Both the position numbers and the translations under genes were made by a program. A DNA stretch of 64,000 nt. Origin: Cyanidioschyzon merolae. Its lineage: Eukaryota. Below, piece after piece: positions 10,543-22,355 of the stretch. The notes under the pieces are model-generated. The model did no database searches. It was not told where the DNA came from and saw nothing but the letters and a program-made list of their open reading frames with translations. Location: NCBI GenBank assembly GCA_000091205.1, contig AP006496.2, one strand, 5' to 3'. Numbering within the stretch: position 1 is the first letter of the stretch; the number at the start of each line of letters is the position of its first letter.

Positions 10543-11101
10543 GTCGCCGGACTGAGGCGTCTCGTGAGGCCTCTCGGTACACAGCCAGCGTCAGCGAGAA
10601 CCGGGGCTCGTTGACAATGGTGCTCACGTCGGTGCTAGTCCACCAGTAACGTACTGTGTATATGTCAAAAATGCGTAGTAGGCCTAAATGACTTGAAACC
10701 TTGGGCGATGCGCTTTTCGGTGAATGAGGCGCCGCTTCACGCTCGACGTGGTGCAGCGCTGGAAGCGGCGACCCTGAAGCACGTTCTATTCAAAGTGAAT
10801 CCACCGGTTTTTACCAAGCAGCAACTCTGTAGACTGTATCACGCTCCAATGTATCACACACACACAAGTCACAAGAACCTGACGAAAGTTGAACTTTCTA
10901 ATGGTTCACTGCGTCTCGGCCCGCGTTTCTATGCAGCTGCCTGTAGAGCAGTGGCATTCGGTGGCGTTCCTCGATGAATGACCGGTGCGGCGTGAATCAG
11001 CGCCTGCGCCGGGCGACGACGTGCCGCCAGCCCAGCGCTCCGTTCAGCCAGGGCAGGTGTTGAAGGTATCGCGCGATCACAAGCGTACTTTCAAGCGCTT
11101 T

Positions 11102-11485
11102 CTGTATGCTACTTCCCTGGATGGAAATACCCAAAGCGATGCTTAAGATGCCTGGTTCATGGAGAGGATCTCCAAGTCCCTGAGAAGGCATGTGATAGCT
11201 TTCTGCATGCTACTTCCCTGGATGGAAATACCCAAAGCGATGCTTAAGATGCCTGGTTCATGGAGAGGATCTCCAAGTCCCTAAGAAGGCATGTGATAGC
11301 TTTCTGTATGCTACTTCCCTGGATGGAAATACCCAAAGCGATACTTAAGATGCCTGGTTCATGGAGAGGATCTCCAAGTCCCTAAGAAGGCATGTGATAG
11401 CTCTCTGCATGCTACTTCCCTGGATGGAAATACCCGAAGCGATGCTTAAGATGCCTGGTTCATGGAGAGGATCTCCAAGTTCCTG
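11102..11485. repeat. Minisatellite of 101-bp units in about 3.8 near-identical tandem copies, intergenic.
   Basis: 'ctgYatgctacttccctggatggaaatacccaaagcgatgcttaagatgcctggttcatggagaggatctccaagtccctRagaaggcatgtgatagctYtctg' starts at 11102, 11203, 11304 and 11405, with >95% identity between copies. Confidence 0.9.
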
Positions 11486-13034
11486 GAAAAAAACCAGCAG
11501 TCGCACCGCCTCGCTAGAGCGGCAGTGCCGGTGTCACTGCCATGAAAGGTGCCCCAGCGCCTATTCAAATTAGTGCCTCTGTTTCACGTCGGAGGATCTA
11601 GGAACCTGTAAAGCATTCCTGAGACGCACGCAGATGCTGTCAGTGGCCAACAAAGGTGCTCCAGTGCTTCCATAGACGCCTCCAAGTTCCGCTGGCCCAA
11701 GTTCTATTTACCGATGAGGAATAGACGCTCGATCGATCTGGCGATACGACGTGCATCCAGAGCTGTCCCGAGGACTCGCCGCGTTGCTGCATGCGCCGCC
11801 AAACTGGACCTCGTACAGAGACTCGGCGGCTTTTGAGACAGCATGTTCTTGCAGGAGCGTGCCTGAAGAACAAGCTCGATCGACTGGTACGTGTCGTCGC
11901 ATGCTTCTTAGCGGGATATGAGCATCTCAGATTTTTCCATGCTTTACGAAGAAGAAACTCGACAGACTAGTTTACTTGCTGTGTCTCCTCGTATGCGTCC
12001 GAGCATGAAAGCTATAACTCAGGTTTTCCATGTGACACATGAAATACCGAAAAAGAGTTCTCTTTTTTGGCACTCGCTGACGAGTTTGAATCATTGTGTA
12101 CGCAGCAAGGGCGTATTCTGTACGCAATCCGCAGGGAATATTGAGGTGACGAAACGGCTCGCTAGTACCAGTTGACGCCATCTCGCTACGCTGGCGAAAA
12201 GGAAACATGCCGCCTTTGGGATATCACACCTGCCTTGTGCATTCTCCGATGATGACAATGATCATGGCGTATTCTCGCTATCGAATTCAGATCGGGTCAA
12301 TTGTTCGGACGAAGCGAAACGAATTGAGAGGGCTAAATATGCACGAGAGTCAGCCGCAGCGTCAACAGTTGCATTATACTCGGTACCAGCGCATGCGTCG
12401 CCAGAACAAAAACTGTCCGCGAAAAGACGCACGAGCCACCAGTTCTGTTTCCTCAAGCTATTGAGCATGCCGAGCCTAGCGTTATACGGGTGCATCGCTC
12501 AGCGAGAATCGCTTTTTTACGGTCGTTCCAGGCTGTGCTGAATGCCACATGCTTTGAAGTTCAACGTATGCGAGCGAGATGCATCAGGATACAACAAGCA
12601 GGTAGATGAAACCTGGAGACGCCATTTTCCCCACCGAATGCGAACTAACCCAAGGCCACGCTACTCCAGCCGTGGAGAAGGCGGCACCAACACCGGGGTC
12701 GTCATCCGTGTGGATAAATGTTTTTTGAGCTGATGCATGCATTTCGCATGCGCCGTCGCCACTCATCGACTCTACGCGCTTCCATAGCGTACAAAACTTT
12801 TCAAATCGACTAGATTCGTGCAAGATCCGTGATGCTCTCTGCTAAACTGCACAGTAGCTTGATGCTGTCAGCGTCCATAGCTCCTCCGATGCACAGCGTC
12901 AACAGACAGATGCAACAGGAGCCCAAAGGAGCAGGGCATCCACGGATGCAGCGTCGCCTGGGGTTCGCGTGTGTTGCGGGACGCTCTAAAGCACGAATCC
13001 TTATTGTACTATCATATACATAAATGTACTGTTT

Positions 13035-13946
13035 ATGAATGGCGCCTCGGTGATGGCCACTTCGCGTGCGCGCTGGCGCAGATCGCCCGACGCCCTCACG
13101 CTCTGCAAACGAGCGCTTACGCCCTCGCCTCACGATCAAGACAGTGGATGCCCGATGTTCATTCTCAGCGCGCAACGCCTTTCAGGTACGCAGGTTTTCA
13201 GACGTCTCGCGGAGGGCTGCACCGGTTACTCGGTCTCGAGCGGGTGTCGGCAGCGCCGGCGCTGTTGTCCTGGAGCCCCGCAGCGGCCTCGCCGGGTGCG
13301 GGTCAACGCGCTTCAGTTGCAAAGCGGCCTCGCGGACCCGCTGGACCCCAAGTCTGAAGCGGAAGTACGTGAACACTTACGCTCTAACTCACCTGCAGAG
13401 CGAGCGCTGGGTATCAACTATGCACGCTACCTGGACGAGAGCACTCGCTACGATATCCTTCTGGAGATGATGGAGGATACCGATCCCCAAGTTCGCTATG
13501 CTGCTGTTACGCAGCTTGCAACGGTCGGCTCGCACGATCGCCAAAGGACCCTGAAAGCCGTTCGCAAGATACTATGGAACACAGAAGAGGATGCATCTGT
13601 GCGCGCTGGAGCAGCTGACGTGCTGGGCGGTCTCCGGTTCCACGAGGCCTTCCCAGACCTGGAAAAGCTCTTCCACGAGTCGAAGGACTGGGTGGTGCGG
13701 TTCAGCATCATCGCTGCTCTAGGGGAAATGGGTGTTCGAGAAGCGTTCCCTATACTGGTCGAGGCATTGCATGCGAACAAAGAGCCGCTGGTCCAGCTTG
13801 CAGCGATTGGTGCGCTCGGTGAACTCGGCGATGAACGAGCGCGGGTCTACCTCGAACCGCTCGTGAACAGTTCCGATGCCTCGATTGTGGAGCGAGCGCG
13901 TTTCGCCTTGGATGCCCTGGACGCAAGAGGCAGCGAGCGCACTTAG
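13035..13946 (+). CDS. HEAT-repeat protein of the PBS-lyase / E-Z HEAT-like repeat type, probably plastid-targeted.
   Basis: The C-terminal 180 aa consist of tandem ~30-aa repeats 'D..VR..A..ALG.lg...a...L..ll.D', for example 'DPQVRYAAVTQLATVG', 'DASVRAGAADVLGGL', 'DWVVRFSIIAALGEMG', 'EPLVQLAAIGALGELG'. These are characteristic of phycocyanobilin-lyase-type HEAT repeats. The N-terminus is basic and rich in Ser and Arg. Confidence 0.6.
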   Translation: MNGASVMATSRARWRRSPDALTLCKRALTPSPHDQDSGCPMFILSAQRLSGTQVFRRLAEGCTGYSVSSGCRQRRRCCPGAPQRPRRVRVNALQLQSGLADPLDPKSEAEVREHLRSNSPAERALGINYARYLDESTRYDILLEMMEDTDPQVRYAAVTQLATVGSHDRQRTLKAVRKILWNTEEDASVRAGAADVLGGLRFHEAFPDLEKLFHESKDWVVRFSIIAALGEMGVREAFPILVEALHANKEPLVQLAAIGALGELGDERARVYLEPLVNSSDASIVERARFALDALDARGSERT

Positions 13947-15380
13947 GACGCAACACCACGTCTTCAGTACGAGGCGCTGGGTGTTGGCGGGGAAATGTGA
14001 ACGGTCTCTAAGCAGCCGGGCGTCATGAACTGCGTCAGCGCTGCTTGGATTCTAGACAAGAGACCTTCTACTTAAAGAGTTGGGCATTACTGACTTGGAA
14101 TGGATTGTGAAACCGGCACGAAACGCTCCCTGAACATGCAAAGCACGCTTGGTGCTCTGCGCAGTGCACCTGGCAAAGGCAGACGCAACGGAGCTAGGTG
14201 GAACGTCGCCTGTGAACCCCACAGAAGCATCACATCCAAGAGCGCGAAGTTGCATAGGTAGAGCGCTGCACATCGTGCTTGTTGGCAGCAGAGGCGACGG
14301 GCAGACGAGCGACGCAGATTCCTGCTCCACAAAAAAAAGCAAGCATTGACAGGTTCAACTGCGCTCTGACGATAACCTGGAGAGTGCGTATGTCGCGAGC
14401 TCCTATTCTATCGAGGCTTCATCCAAAATACTGAAAGTCATTCGTGAGATTTTGGGGCGGCGTTTGCACCGCTTCGCTCGAGCCAGAGCTCGAAGGCTTT
14501 CGCGCTCACGAGACCTACCCGTGCTGCGGCGGCACGACACGCGACCACCGTAGTGTCAAGCAGCTTGTGTCCCCACGAGTAGCCTCGAGAGCGTCCGCAC
14601 GATGTATAACCGATGCTTGTGGTGCTAGTTCTCGTGCTCCTGGTAACTGCCTTCAGAAAACGCCTCGAACTGCGTGGAGTTGCATGTGCTGGACCAACGT
14701 AGAAGCGATCCTTCGGATTCGAAAGCCAGAAAACACACAACCTTGAGCTGAGACCCAGATGATACCCGCTTCGACCAGTGCCCTATCTTTCATGAAACTG
14801 AATGAATCGTTGTTTACAGAATCACCGCCCCCGTCAACCATCATGAATATAAAGATGATGATCATAATCAGTGCTTTCGAGTAGGCATGTCGGCGAGGCG
14901 CAGCATAGAATTCTGTTTACATGAACCAGGGATATCCCCGATGTAGCATCACCATGGTTAACGGCATCTGGGAGAGCGTCCGCCATGATCATGCACGAGA
15001 CCTCCGAGCCCCAGCGGTAACCAATGGTACTCCCCTTTGGCAATTATGGTTCGTTTGTACAGTCCTCCGAATGCTGAATGCCTGCCGCCGCAGCACCGAA
15101 CGTCGCAGCGCTCCCAGTCGACGTAAACGCAAGATCCAGGGGACTGCAGCGTGCCGCAGCGCGTTCAAGTCCACAGCACCAGCTCCAGTGAAGCGCTGGC
15201 TGCTCACGAGGTGCATCCGGTTCGTGCCCACGACGACCAACGCCGCTCAACTTGACGCTCGCCAAGCACCGCACCGCGAGCGTCCGTGCCTGGTGCACGG
15301 CATCGATACACAGGTCTGCAAGAAACCTCGTACCGTTCGATGCTCGTGACCCAGAGCGCATCTGTTGCTTGAAAGCGATA

Positions 15381-18300
15381 TCACGCCTGATCCGTGTCCG
15401 AACTGCTGAACGTCTGAACCAGCTGTCGAAGTAGCGGCAACACCGCTGCAGTCTGTTTGCTGTCGATGCCGTCGAACGCGCTTCCTCGTCGCTCGCGTTC
15501 GCGGCGAAGCTGTGAGAACTGCGAGAGTATGCGTAGATATTGCATGCAGGTGGACGCTGCACAACCGCGGGAAGTTGCCTCCTCCAGAATCAGCTCAAGG
15601 ACGCGCTCAACTTGGGGGAGACGCGTTAGCAACACGATCTGGAGCTCAACATTCTCGCGACAGACTGCAGCGGGCGCACAACGGAACAACTCGGGAAGCG
15701 CCTGCAAGAGTGCCGCATCGAGCGACGGGACCGTGCCGCTTCCGGCCCAGTGCTCAGCGAAGCGCCGAAGAACACTCAACGCCGCTCGGGTTAGTGCTGC
15801 GCTTTCGGGTTCGGGGAGCATCGCTGGCGGCCCCGTCGGCTGCCACTGACGAGCAACCAGCTCGATCGACTGGAAATGGATGCCAACCGCCCCAGCGACA
15901 ACAACGTGCAGCAGACACGGCCACAGCCCTTGGTGTGTATCATCCACAATGATCGACGCGAGGCCGTTGTTCAGTAGTTGGCCCAAGTACGTGTAGAAGA
16001 GATTGCGCAATGTGTAGCGCTCGCGTGCCTCTTCCGAAAGCACCGGAGTACCGCTGGGAGCACCTCGAGAAGTGCTCACGTTAGGTAATCGTCCATCAGT
16101 CGACTCTGCGGGCGCATCCGCTGGAAGCAGCGGAAACCAGGAGAGCAGTGCTCGCACGAGCGGCTCGAAAAGGCGTCGCTGACTGGAAACACAAGCCGTC
16201 TGAAAGCGATCACATAGTTGATTCTCTAACAGCACCAGTGCCTGCAGATCCTGTTCAAGCGGCAGCGCTTCTCTGCCGAGCTCCAGACGCGTCTCGATGA
16301 ATGTGGCGATGCGGTCGCCTGTTTGCGGCTCCGACAGCAGCTCCGCAAGTCGGTGCAGCAGCGGACGTGCGTCTGCGTCCAGCCCATAGGCTGGACTTGG
16401 AGCTGCTTCGAGGACCCAGTCCAGACAGGTCAACCAGATCTGGCTCAGACGCACGTCCTGCTGGCACTGGGCCGGAGAAAAGCCCTTGCTCAGGTGGAGT
16501 ACTGCACGCAAACCGGATGCGCTGCGAAAGAGGCCGCTGCTATGCATGGGAACGAGGCAACTTTCCAGGTAATGGAGGCGGGTATCGGCGGAGAGTGCTT
16601 CACTGGAAATCAGCAGCGAGATGCACTCCACCAGTGGTAACTGTACCAGGTTCAGATCGGGGTCCTGGCCGTCCAGATGCACCAGGTCTTGGAAATGGTG
16701 CAGCAGGTACTCTACCCGGAAACGTCCGTTCTGAATGAGCATCGACGACAGCGCTGCTGAAGGCACACGCTCTGGCAATAAGCTTTTCCAGCCAGTCGCC
16801 ACGCGGGTCGCGCTATCCGCTGGGATGCCGCTGTCTGCGGGCGAGGGTTCGCGGCGTGTTCCTGTTGCAGCGACCGGAGCAGCGGCAACGACCCCGGCTT
16901 GCTCGCGGATGTGTTCAGGGTCGCGCGGGAGCACATCGCGGAGCGCCTGCACCAGTCGCACACAGGTATTCGCAGCATGCTCGCGCAGACGAGTGCTCTC
17001 CGACTGGAGCGAAGAGACGAGCATCGGCAACACGTACGCATACAGCGGGGGCGACTTTGGTAGCAGCACCGCACCGAAACGTGCAACCACATCAAAGTAG
17101 ACCAAATCCATCACCGGATCACTGAGCACCTGGCGAGCATTCTCCAGCACAAGTTCGCGGGCGTTTTCCGGGAAGCTGCTCGCGAGCTCGAGCAGCAGAC
17201 GTGCTTGCAGCCGTCGGGCCGGCAGTTGTTGCAGTGTTTCTAGCACCAATGTCGGGGAACGTTTCACCACATGACCCAGTACGCTCATGATCTCGGTGGA
17301 GCAATCGTCACTGCTGGTACTCAGCTGACTCACCGCGTCGCTTACCTGATCCCTCGCAAGAGTCGGTGCCTCGTGGACTGAGGCCAACGGCACGTCGGTG
17401 CGTACGCCGTTCGGTTCACTGGTGGCGGCGTCTGAAGTATCGCGCTCGTTGGTTTCCAGGGCCAGAAGGTGTTGCAGGATCGCCGTTAACAGCCTTCTGC
17501 TGAGAGCGTCCCAGTCGACAGTTTGCAGTCTTCGCGTCAAACTCGACATTGCCGAGAGTACAGGTGCACTGAACAGCAGCGCTTGTGCGTTCGTTGTTGG
17601 CGATGTTGTCGCGCCCAGAAGCGCATCCAGCAGCGTTCGCAACGCGTTTGCCGCCCAGTTGCTGACCGTCGCTTCACTCGTTTCGTAAAGTTCAAGCAGC
17701 TCCATGAGCAATGAGCCCAGTAAGGATGACCACGAAGGCAAAGCATCCGAATCAGCGTTTGACGCATTCATAACGAGCTCAACGAGATGCAACGATTTGC
17801 AGACATGTACTTTCTCTCCCGGATGGGCAACTTTGCGCAAAAGCATTCGCTCTAGAGCTGTCACTGCTGCCGAAACCACCGTCACTGGCCAGTGTTGCCC
17901 CGCTGCGTTTGATACCAGTTGGAGCAGCGGTTGCTGAAACCGCTCCACAATTGCCGAGAGATCCATCCAGAATGCATAGTCCGCGAGCAGCTCTAGAACC
18001 CCAACTACCAGCTCCGTTGTCGATAGCATCGTGCCCGGTTTTTTCGGTTCACCTGAGGAGCGCATCACCGCTGAAACAGCCTCGGGAAGTTCGATACCTT
18101 CCGCATCCGTCTGCAGCGCAGCTCGGAGCAGATATGCCCACCAGTCTAGCAGCAGCAGAGCGGAGCCGTCAGCACGCATGGCCTCCTTCAACCGAGACGC
18201 TTCAACATGCCGCTGGGCTTCGCGGGCGAGCACCTGTTCATGAAGTGCCCGTAAGAAACGCAACATGGCATCCGCATCTAATGCTTGCAATAAATCAACG

Positions 18301-18677
18301 ACAGCATTCGGCCAGTTCAGCGGATATCGCTCTACAACAAGCTCTGCGATCAGCTGTGCAGCTTTGTTCTTCACATAGCCAGGCGCGTGCCCGCTGGTCT
18401 GCGGTGAGCGTGAAAGCGCAAGCACTTGCTGCAAACTCAGTCGTTGTCTCGTGGAAAGCAGCACCTGTAGACACCAAAACACCAGTTCTGGCCTAAGAAT
18501 CCTTTCATCGGACACCGCCAGTGACCAGCAGAGCGTAAAGCCACCGTCCTCAGTAGCGGCGGTGACTCGCTCGAGAACAGCCCGCGCCTCCTCGGCGTGG
18601 CTCGGTGCGATCCCCAACGGTGGGTTCAGCGCGTAGAATGCCGCCAGTTCGAGGTCGCCTGTTGATGGATCGATCAT
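15381..18677 (-). CDS. Karyopherin-beta family protein (exportin/importin-like HEAT/ARM repeat protein).
   Basis: 1098-aa all-helical ORF with Leu-rich HEAT-like repeats along its whole length, and an importin-N-like N-terminal region. The overall architecture matches exportins, but I cannot say which one. Confidence 0.45.
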   Translation of the reverse strand: MIDPSTGDLELAAFYALNPPLGIAPSHAEEARAVLERVTAATEDGGFTLCWSLAVSDERILRPELVFWCLQVLLSTRQRLSLQQVLALSRSPQTSGHAPGYVKNKAAQLIAELVVERYPLNWPNAVVDLLQALDADAMLRFLRALHEQVLAREAQRHVEASRLKEAMRADGSALLLLDWWAYLLRAALQTDAEGIELPEAVSAVMRSSGEPKKPGTMLSTTELVVGVLELLADYAFWMDLSAIVERFQQPLLQLVSNAAGQHWPVTVVSAAVTALERMLLRKVAHPGEKVHVCKSLHLVELVMNASNADSDALPSWSSLLGSLLMELLELYETSEATVSNWAANALRTLLDALLGATTSPTTNAQALLFSAPVLSAMSSLTRRLQTVDWDALSRRLLTAILQHLLALETNERDTSDAATSEPNGVRTDVPLASVHEAPTLARDQVSDAVSQLSTSSDDCSTEIMSVLGHVVKRSPTLVLETLQQLPARRLQARLLLELASSFPENARELVLENARQVLSDPVMDLVYFDVVARFGAVLLPKSPPLYAYVLPMLVSSLQSESTRLREHAANTCVRLVQALRDVLPRDPEHIREQAGVVAAAPVAATGTRREPSPADSGIPADSATRVATGWKSLLPERVPSAALSSMLIQNGRFRVEYLLHHFQDLVHLDGQDPDLNLVQLPLVECISLLISSEALSADTRLHYLESCLVPMHSSGLFRSASGLRAVLHLSKGFSPAQCQQDVRLSQIWLTCLDWVLEAAPSPAYGLDADARPLLHRLAELLSEPQTGDRIATFIETRLELGREALPLEQDLQALVLLENQLCDRFQTACVSSQRRLFEPLVRALLSWFPLLPADAPAESTDGRLPNVSTSRGAPSGTPVLSEEARERYTLRNLFYTYLGQLLNNGLASIIVDDTHQGLWPCLLHVVVAGAVGIHFQSIELVARQWQPTGPPAMLPEPESAALTRAALSVLRRFAEHWAGSGTVPSLDAALLQALPELFRCAPAAVCRENVELQIVLLTRLPQVERVLELILEEATSRGCAASTCMQYLRILSQFSQLRRERERRGSAFDGIDSKQTAAVLPLLRQLVQTFSSSDTDQA

Positions 18678-18929
18678 TCCTCTGGACCGTGAGGTAGAGA
18701 GGACGCGCCTGGCTTAGGATCCACGCTGGGTCCGAAAGCACTGGCCCTTTTAGGGCCTCTCGCCCACGGATGCTGCGGAGCGGGCGCCTCTGGTACAGCA
18801 GACGCGAGCACTGCACTTGAGTGCGTCTTCTGCTTATACTTGGAAGCGCTTGGAACAAATAAAATTCGTCTATGGTGATAGGGCGCTCTGCAGCGCTCCC
18901 GGAAAGGCTAACCGAGTGTACTCCAAGAT

Positions 18930-19308
18930 TGTAGCTCAAGAGCTGGCCGTTGCGGTGTTTGGTTGCTCCGCAAACTCCCCAAGCAAGGTTCACTGATGAC
19001 ACTACAACGACGCTAGGGCAACCCTGCGTTGCGTCTAGAGTCGCTGGTGATTGGTTGTCCAGTTTAGAGCTCAAGAGCTGGCCGTCTGTGCTGATTGGTT
19101 GTTCAGCAACCTCCCCAAGCAAGGCTCACTGGTGACACCACCACGACACTAGGGTAACGTTGCGCTGCGTCTGCAGTCGCTGGTGGCTGGTTGTTCAGCA
19201 ACCACCCCAAGCAAGGTTCACTGGTGACACCACCACGACGCTAGAGTTATGCTGCGCTGCGTCTGTGGTCGCTAGCCAGCGCTCTTCGACAGTCAAACGT
19301 TTCGGTAA

Positions 19309-19343
<35 letters not shown>

Positions 19344-19345
19344 CA
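18930..19345. repeat. Imperfect tandem repeat of ~92-136-bp units in three copies, followed by a 9-bp microsatellite (GTCGTCGGC)x4 at 19308-19345.
   Basis: '(a/c)ctccccaagcaaggYtcactgRtgacacYacaacgacRctagggYaacSYtgcgYtgcgtctRSagtcgctggtgRYtggttgtYcag' recurs at ~18975, ~19111 and ~19203. The shared 'gagctcaagagctggccgt' is at 18935 and 19068. Then 'gtcggcgtcgtcggcgtcgtcggcgtcgtcggc' follows. Confidence 0.85.
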
Positions 19346-20186
19346 GCGGCATGCCCAGCAACGTCGCAGGCAGTGCCGCTGAGAAGGGAGTGCGGCAGCC
19401 GCAGGAAGCGCCTGGCAAGGCTGTTTTCCAGCTCGCTTTACAAAGCGGCTTGCTAGAGACCTCGCAGAAGTCAAGTCTTTTGGCATGCTTTCGTATGGGA
19501 GCTTTTGAGAGAGCCCCCGAGACCTATGAGGGATTCCAGAATATACCAACGAAGGGTGCTTCATCTTCACTCGTGTCGGATGAACACGAGACACTGAATT
19601 GATCGCCCTATACCTGGATGTTGAGCTATTTCGGGTGCTTTTTTAAATGAGCATGCTCGACGTTCGACGTGCAGCAGTAAAGGCGTACCGTTTCAGAGGT
19701 CGTTTACGGAATCTGTGACTCGCTTTCGGAGCGGCGCGTTCGGGTCTACCGCGCTTGGCACGCGGAGCGTCACCTGTAGCAACATGACTCGGTATGCACA
19801 CGAACAAGCGCTCGCGGAATAACAGATATGATTATCCTTTTCAGACGCGTAAGACTCCAGCATTTGCCTTGCCTTGCGTGCAGCATGCTCGAATCGCACA
19901 CATTCTTCAGGTTTTGGATCAGTCGATCCCGAGGCAACTGACGGGCGCTGCCATTCGCGCCACTTTCATACGGAAAGCGGAATCATGGGTGTCGTCGCTT
20001 GACGACTACTTCGAGCGCTCATGCCTCAAGTTCACAGAACATGTCACGTCAAGTAATCGACTCCGATTTGGAAGACAAATGCTCCCCGCTTCGAGATTAT
20101 CGACGGAACCGCGTTCGACAAGAACATCATACCTCAAAGCGGATATGCTCTGGAACGCTGTGGTTGCTTCTATTTGCATGGAAAAG

Positions 20187-20766
20187 TGTCTGGGACACAC
20201 CGAGTTGCGTCATCGTAGCGATCGCTTCCAGTGGGGCATGCGTCATCGCTTAGCACGAAGGGATCGGAGACTGATCGGAATTTCTCGACTCCATCTCCAG
20301 CCTGGATATTTCTTCGAGGACTTGTTTCATCGTAAACAACATCGTTTGCCGCCAATACCCCACTGAACGGAGCAGTGACCGCTCACGCGTGAGCAGCGGA
20401 CACTGCACTCGTCGACGAGATCGTCCAGAACAAGCCTCGCGATCGCTGGGTACGGTACCGAGCACAGCACCAGAGCAAGGCGTCGACGGGCGCCTGCTGG
20501 ACACGTCAGGTGTACGTACTGGTCGATGATGCAACCGTCCACGTGCCACAGCGCGGATCTCGGAGGGGACGGTCTGGTGGCCATACGAAAACACCTGACC
20601 TCAGTCATTTGTCACAGCTGCAAAGCGCGCACCGAGGTTGTAAACGCAGAAAAAGAACACTGCAAGCGCAGTGCTGATCGCAACATTCGTATGAGCCTGG
20701 TATGCGTCGGCAACAGCCGGAGGCGGAGCAACCGGGACCTGCACGCTACCATCAATATTTGTCGTC
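20187..20766 (+). pseudogene. Decayed TnpB/Fanzor-like (IS605 OrfB family) C-terminal fragment, copy B; inverted relative to copy A.
   Basis: 'ELRHRSDRFQWGMRHRLARRDRRLIGISRLHLQPGYFFEDLFHRKQHRL' ends ORF 19794-20366. ORF 20526-20861 then carries 'VICHSCKARTEVVNAEKEHCKRSADRN...NRDLHATINICR' (a CxxC...C zinc finger and RuvC-III). The two parts are in different frames. A (CA)9 microsatellite follows at 20842-20858. Confidence 0.5.
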
Positions 20767-22355
20767 CAAAGGCGACAGAACTGGACGCAGATGCATCGAG
20801 ACCAGTGTACTGGAATCCGGATATACGGGCAACAGAGAGGACACACACACACACACACTGAAACAGTCATCGACGAAAAACGCGTGCAAGCGCTTCTGTC
20901 GATGACACTTGCAAGGCATCCAAACGTTAGCGTCTATACCCAAGTTAGCAAAGCAGACCTATTCGATTTTTTCGCCACGGGTTCAGGAAAGCATCCATCA
21001 TTCCATTCCAGTCACGATACGATCCACGAAACGCAACCCAGAGTTTTTCCTTTGGATTGTGACTCATCCATGCGATCATTCACGAGCCGAGCATTCTGAG
21101 CGTACCCATAGCGCCAGAACGGACACCGCATCGAGACAGAGCGTTTTTTCCGTATCCCTGAGGACATCGGCTCGTGTCATGGTTCAACTGACGCAGTTTC
21201 GTATCTCATGATCATCATCAGTTTGTTCTCCGAGAATCTTTGCATGCAAGACTGCCTTCTCATCAGGACGCTGTTGATGAATATCTGCTTTAGAATGAGT
21301 CCGGGTAACCGAGTCTCAGCTTTGGAATCAAGTCTGGAACGCGTCACCGTTTAGAGACACGAACCTGTGCTCGGCGGAAAACAGAAGGAGGTGCGCGAGT
21401 CGCTGGGCCTGCATGCTCCCGCGGGTCGCGATACCTTCCGCCTCGAGAGTGGTTTGTGTATTTGGTGAGGATATTCGCGAGCGACGTTGCTCGGAAGGTG
21501 AGCCAACGGGTGCAGGCGCTGCGCTCAGTGTGAGCGCTCGCCCCTCATCAACGAAAACTACGTGTAGAAGTTGCAGTCATTCAAAACAGCGGGTTCGCAC
21601 TTTTTGACAACGTGAGCACTGCACGCGTAAGTATGTCAGAGTCTCAGCATTCGCTTCCCGACAGTAGCTGCAGTGAATTCCCAGGAAACCGGGTGGCGTT
21701 CGGATATGACACGGGGCCAGGATCGGTCAGCGGCATTCCAACGTGCGCCTTAGCGAGTCAGAGTGTGTATCGGGTGACGAAAGGCGGCGCCAGCACCTTG
21801 CACCGGTCGTTGTTCGCACATGTTCGATTGTATGCTACAAATAGCGACCAACCAACGTAGGAGACTCGACACTTTCCTCACTGGCAAGTCCATACTATCT
21901 TGCGAACTGTTCTTTGGAGGTATTGAGACCTTCTACGTTCCTAACGAGTGTTTGGAGTCTCTCCGCACCGCGCAGTCGACTCATCTACATTCGCATGCAC
22001 CTGACCCACGTATGCTTTGCATGCTTCGCGGTGAATGTGACATTCCGGTTGAACTAGATTGTCCATGCTGAGCCTTTTAGACCATACAGGTGCTCGGCAG
22101 CCGATCGCTATCGCTTCCTTCGGGACGCTTTGTATTTCACATCCGAGTGCGAGCGGACTGGGTGCAGTCTGCCCTTCTAAACATACAGGCAAGATACGCA
22201 TCACGACGTTGGCTGCAGTCTGCATGCGCGATGCGGGTACGACGTGCGCAGAGCTCACCATTCACCGCTCGAGGTCGCTGCCTAGATGGTACGAATCTCG
22301 GGTACCTTTCCCCAGACCTCGAGTGGTATCGACGAATTCCAAAGGAAGAGATGCA

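Noticed and set aside
11102-11485. Possible CRISPR array (regular ~100-bp periodicity), and similarly 1483-1800 and 18930-19345.
   Set aside because: The units are contiguous with no unique spacers, are ~100 bp rather than 24-48 bp, and sit in a eukaryotic genomic context. They are minisatellites.
14690-14740. tRNA-like T-arm motif ('TTCGAATCC' on the minus strand).
   Set aside because: I could not fold a complete cloverleaf, with acceptor, D and anticodon arms, around it. It looks like an isolated palindrome. A proper tRNAscan is needed before any call.
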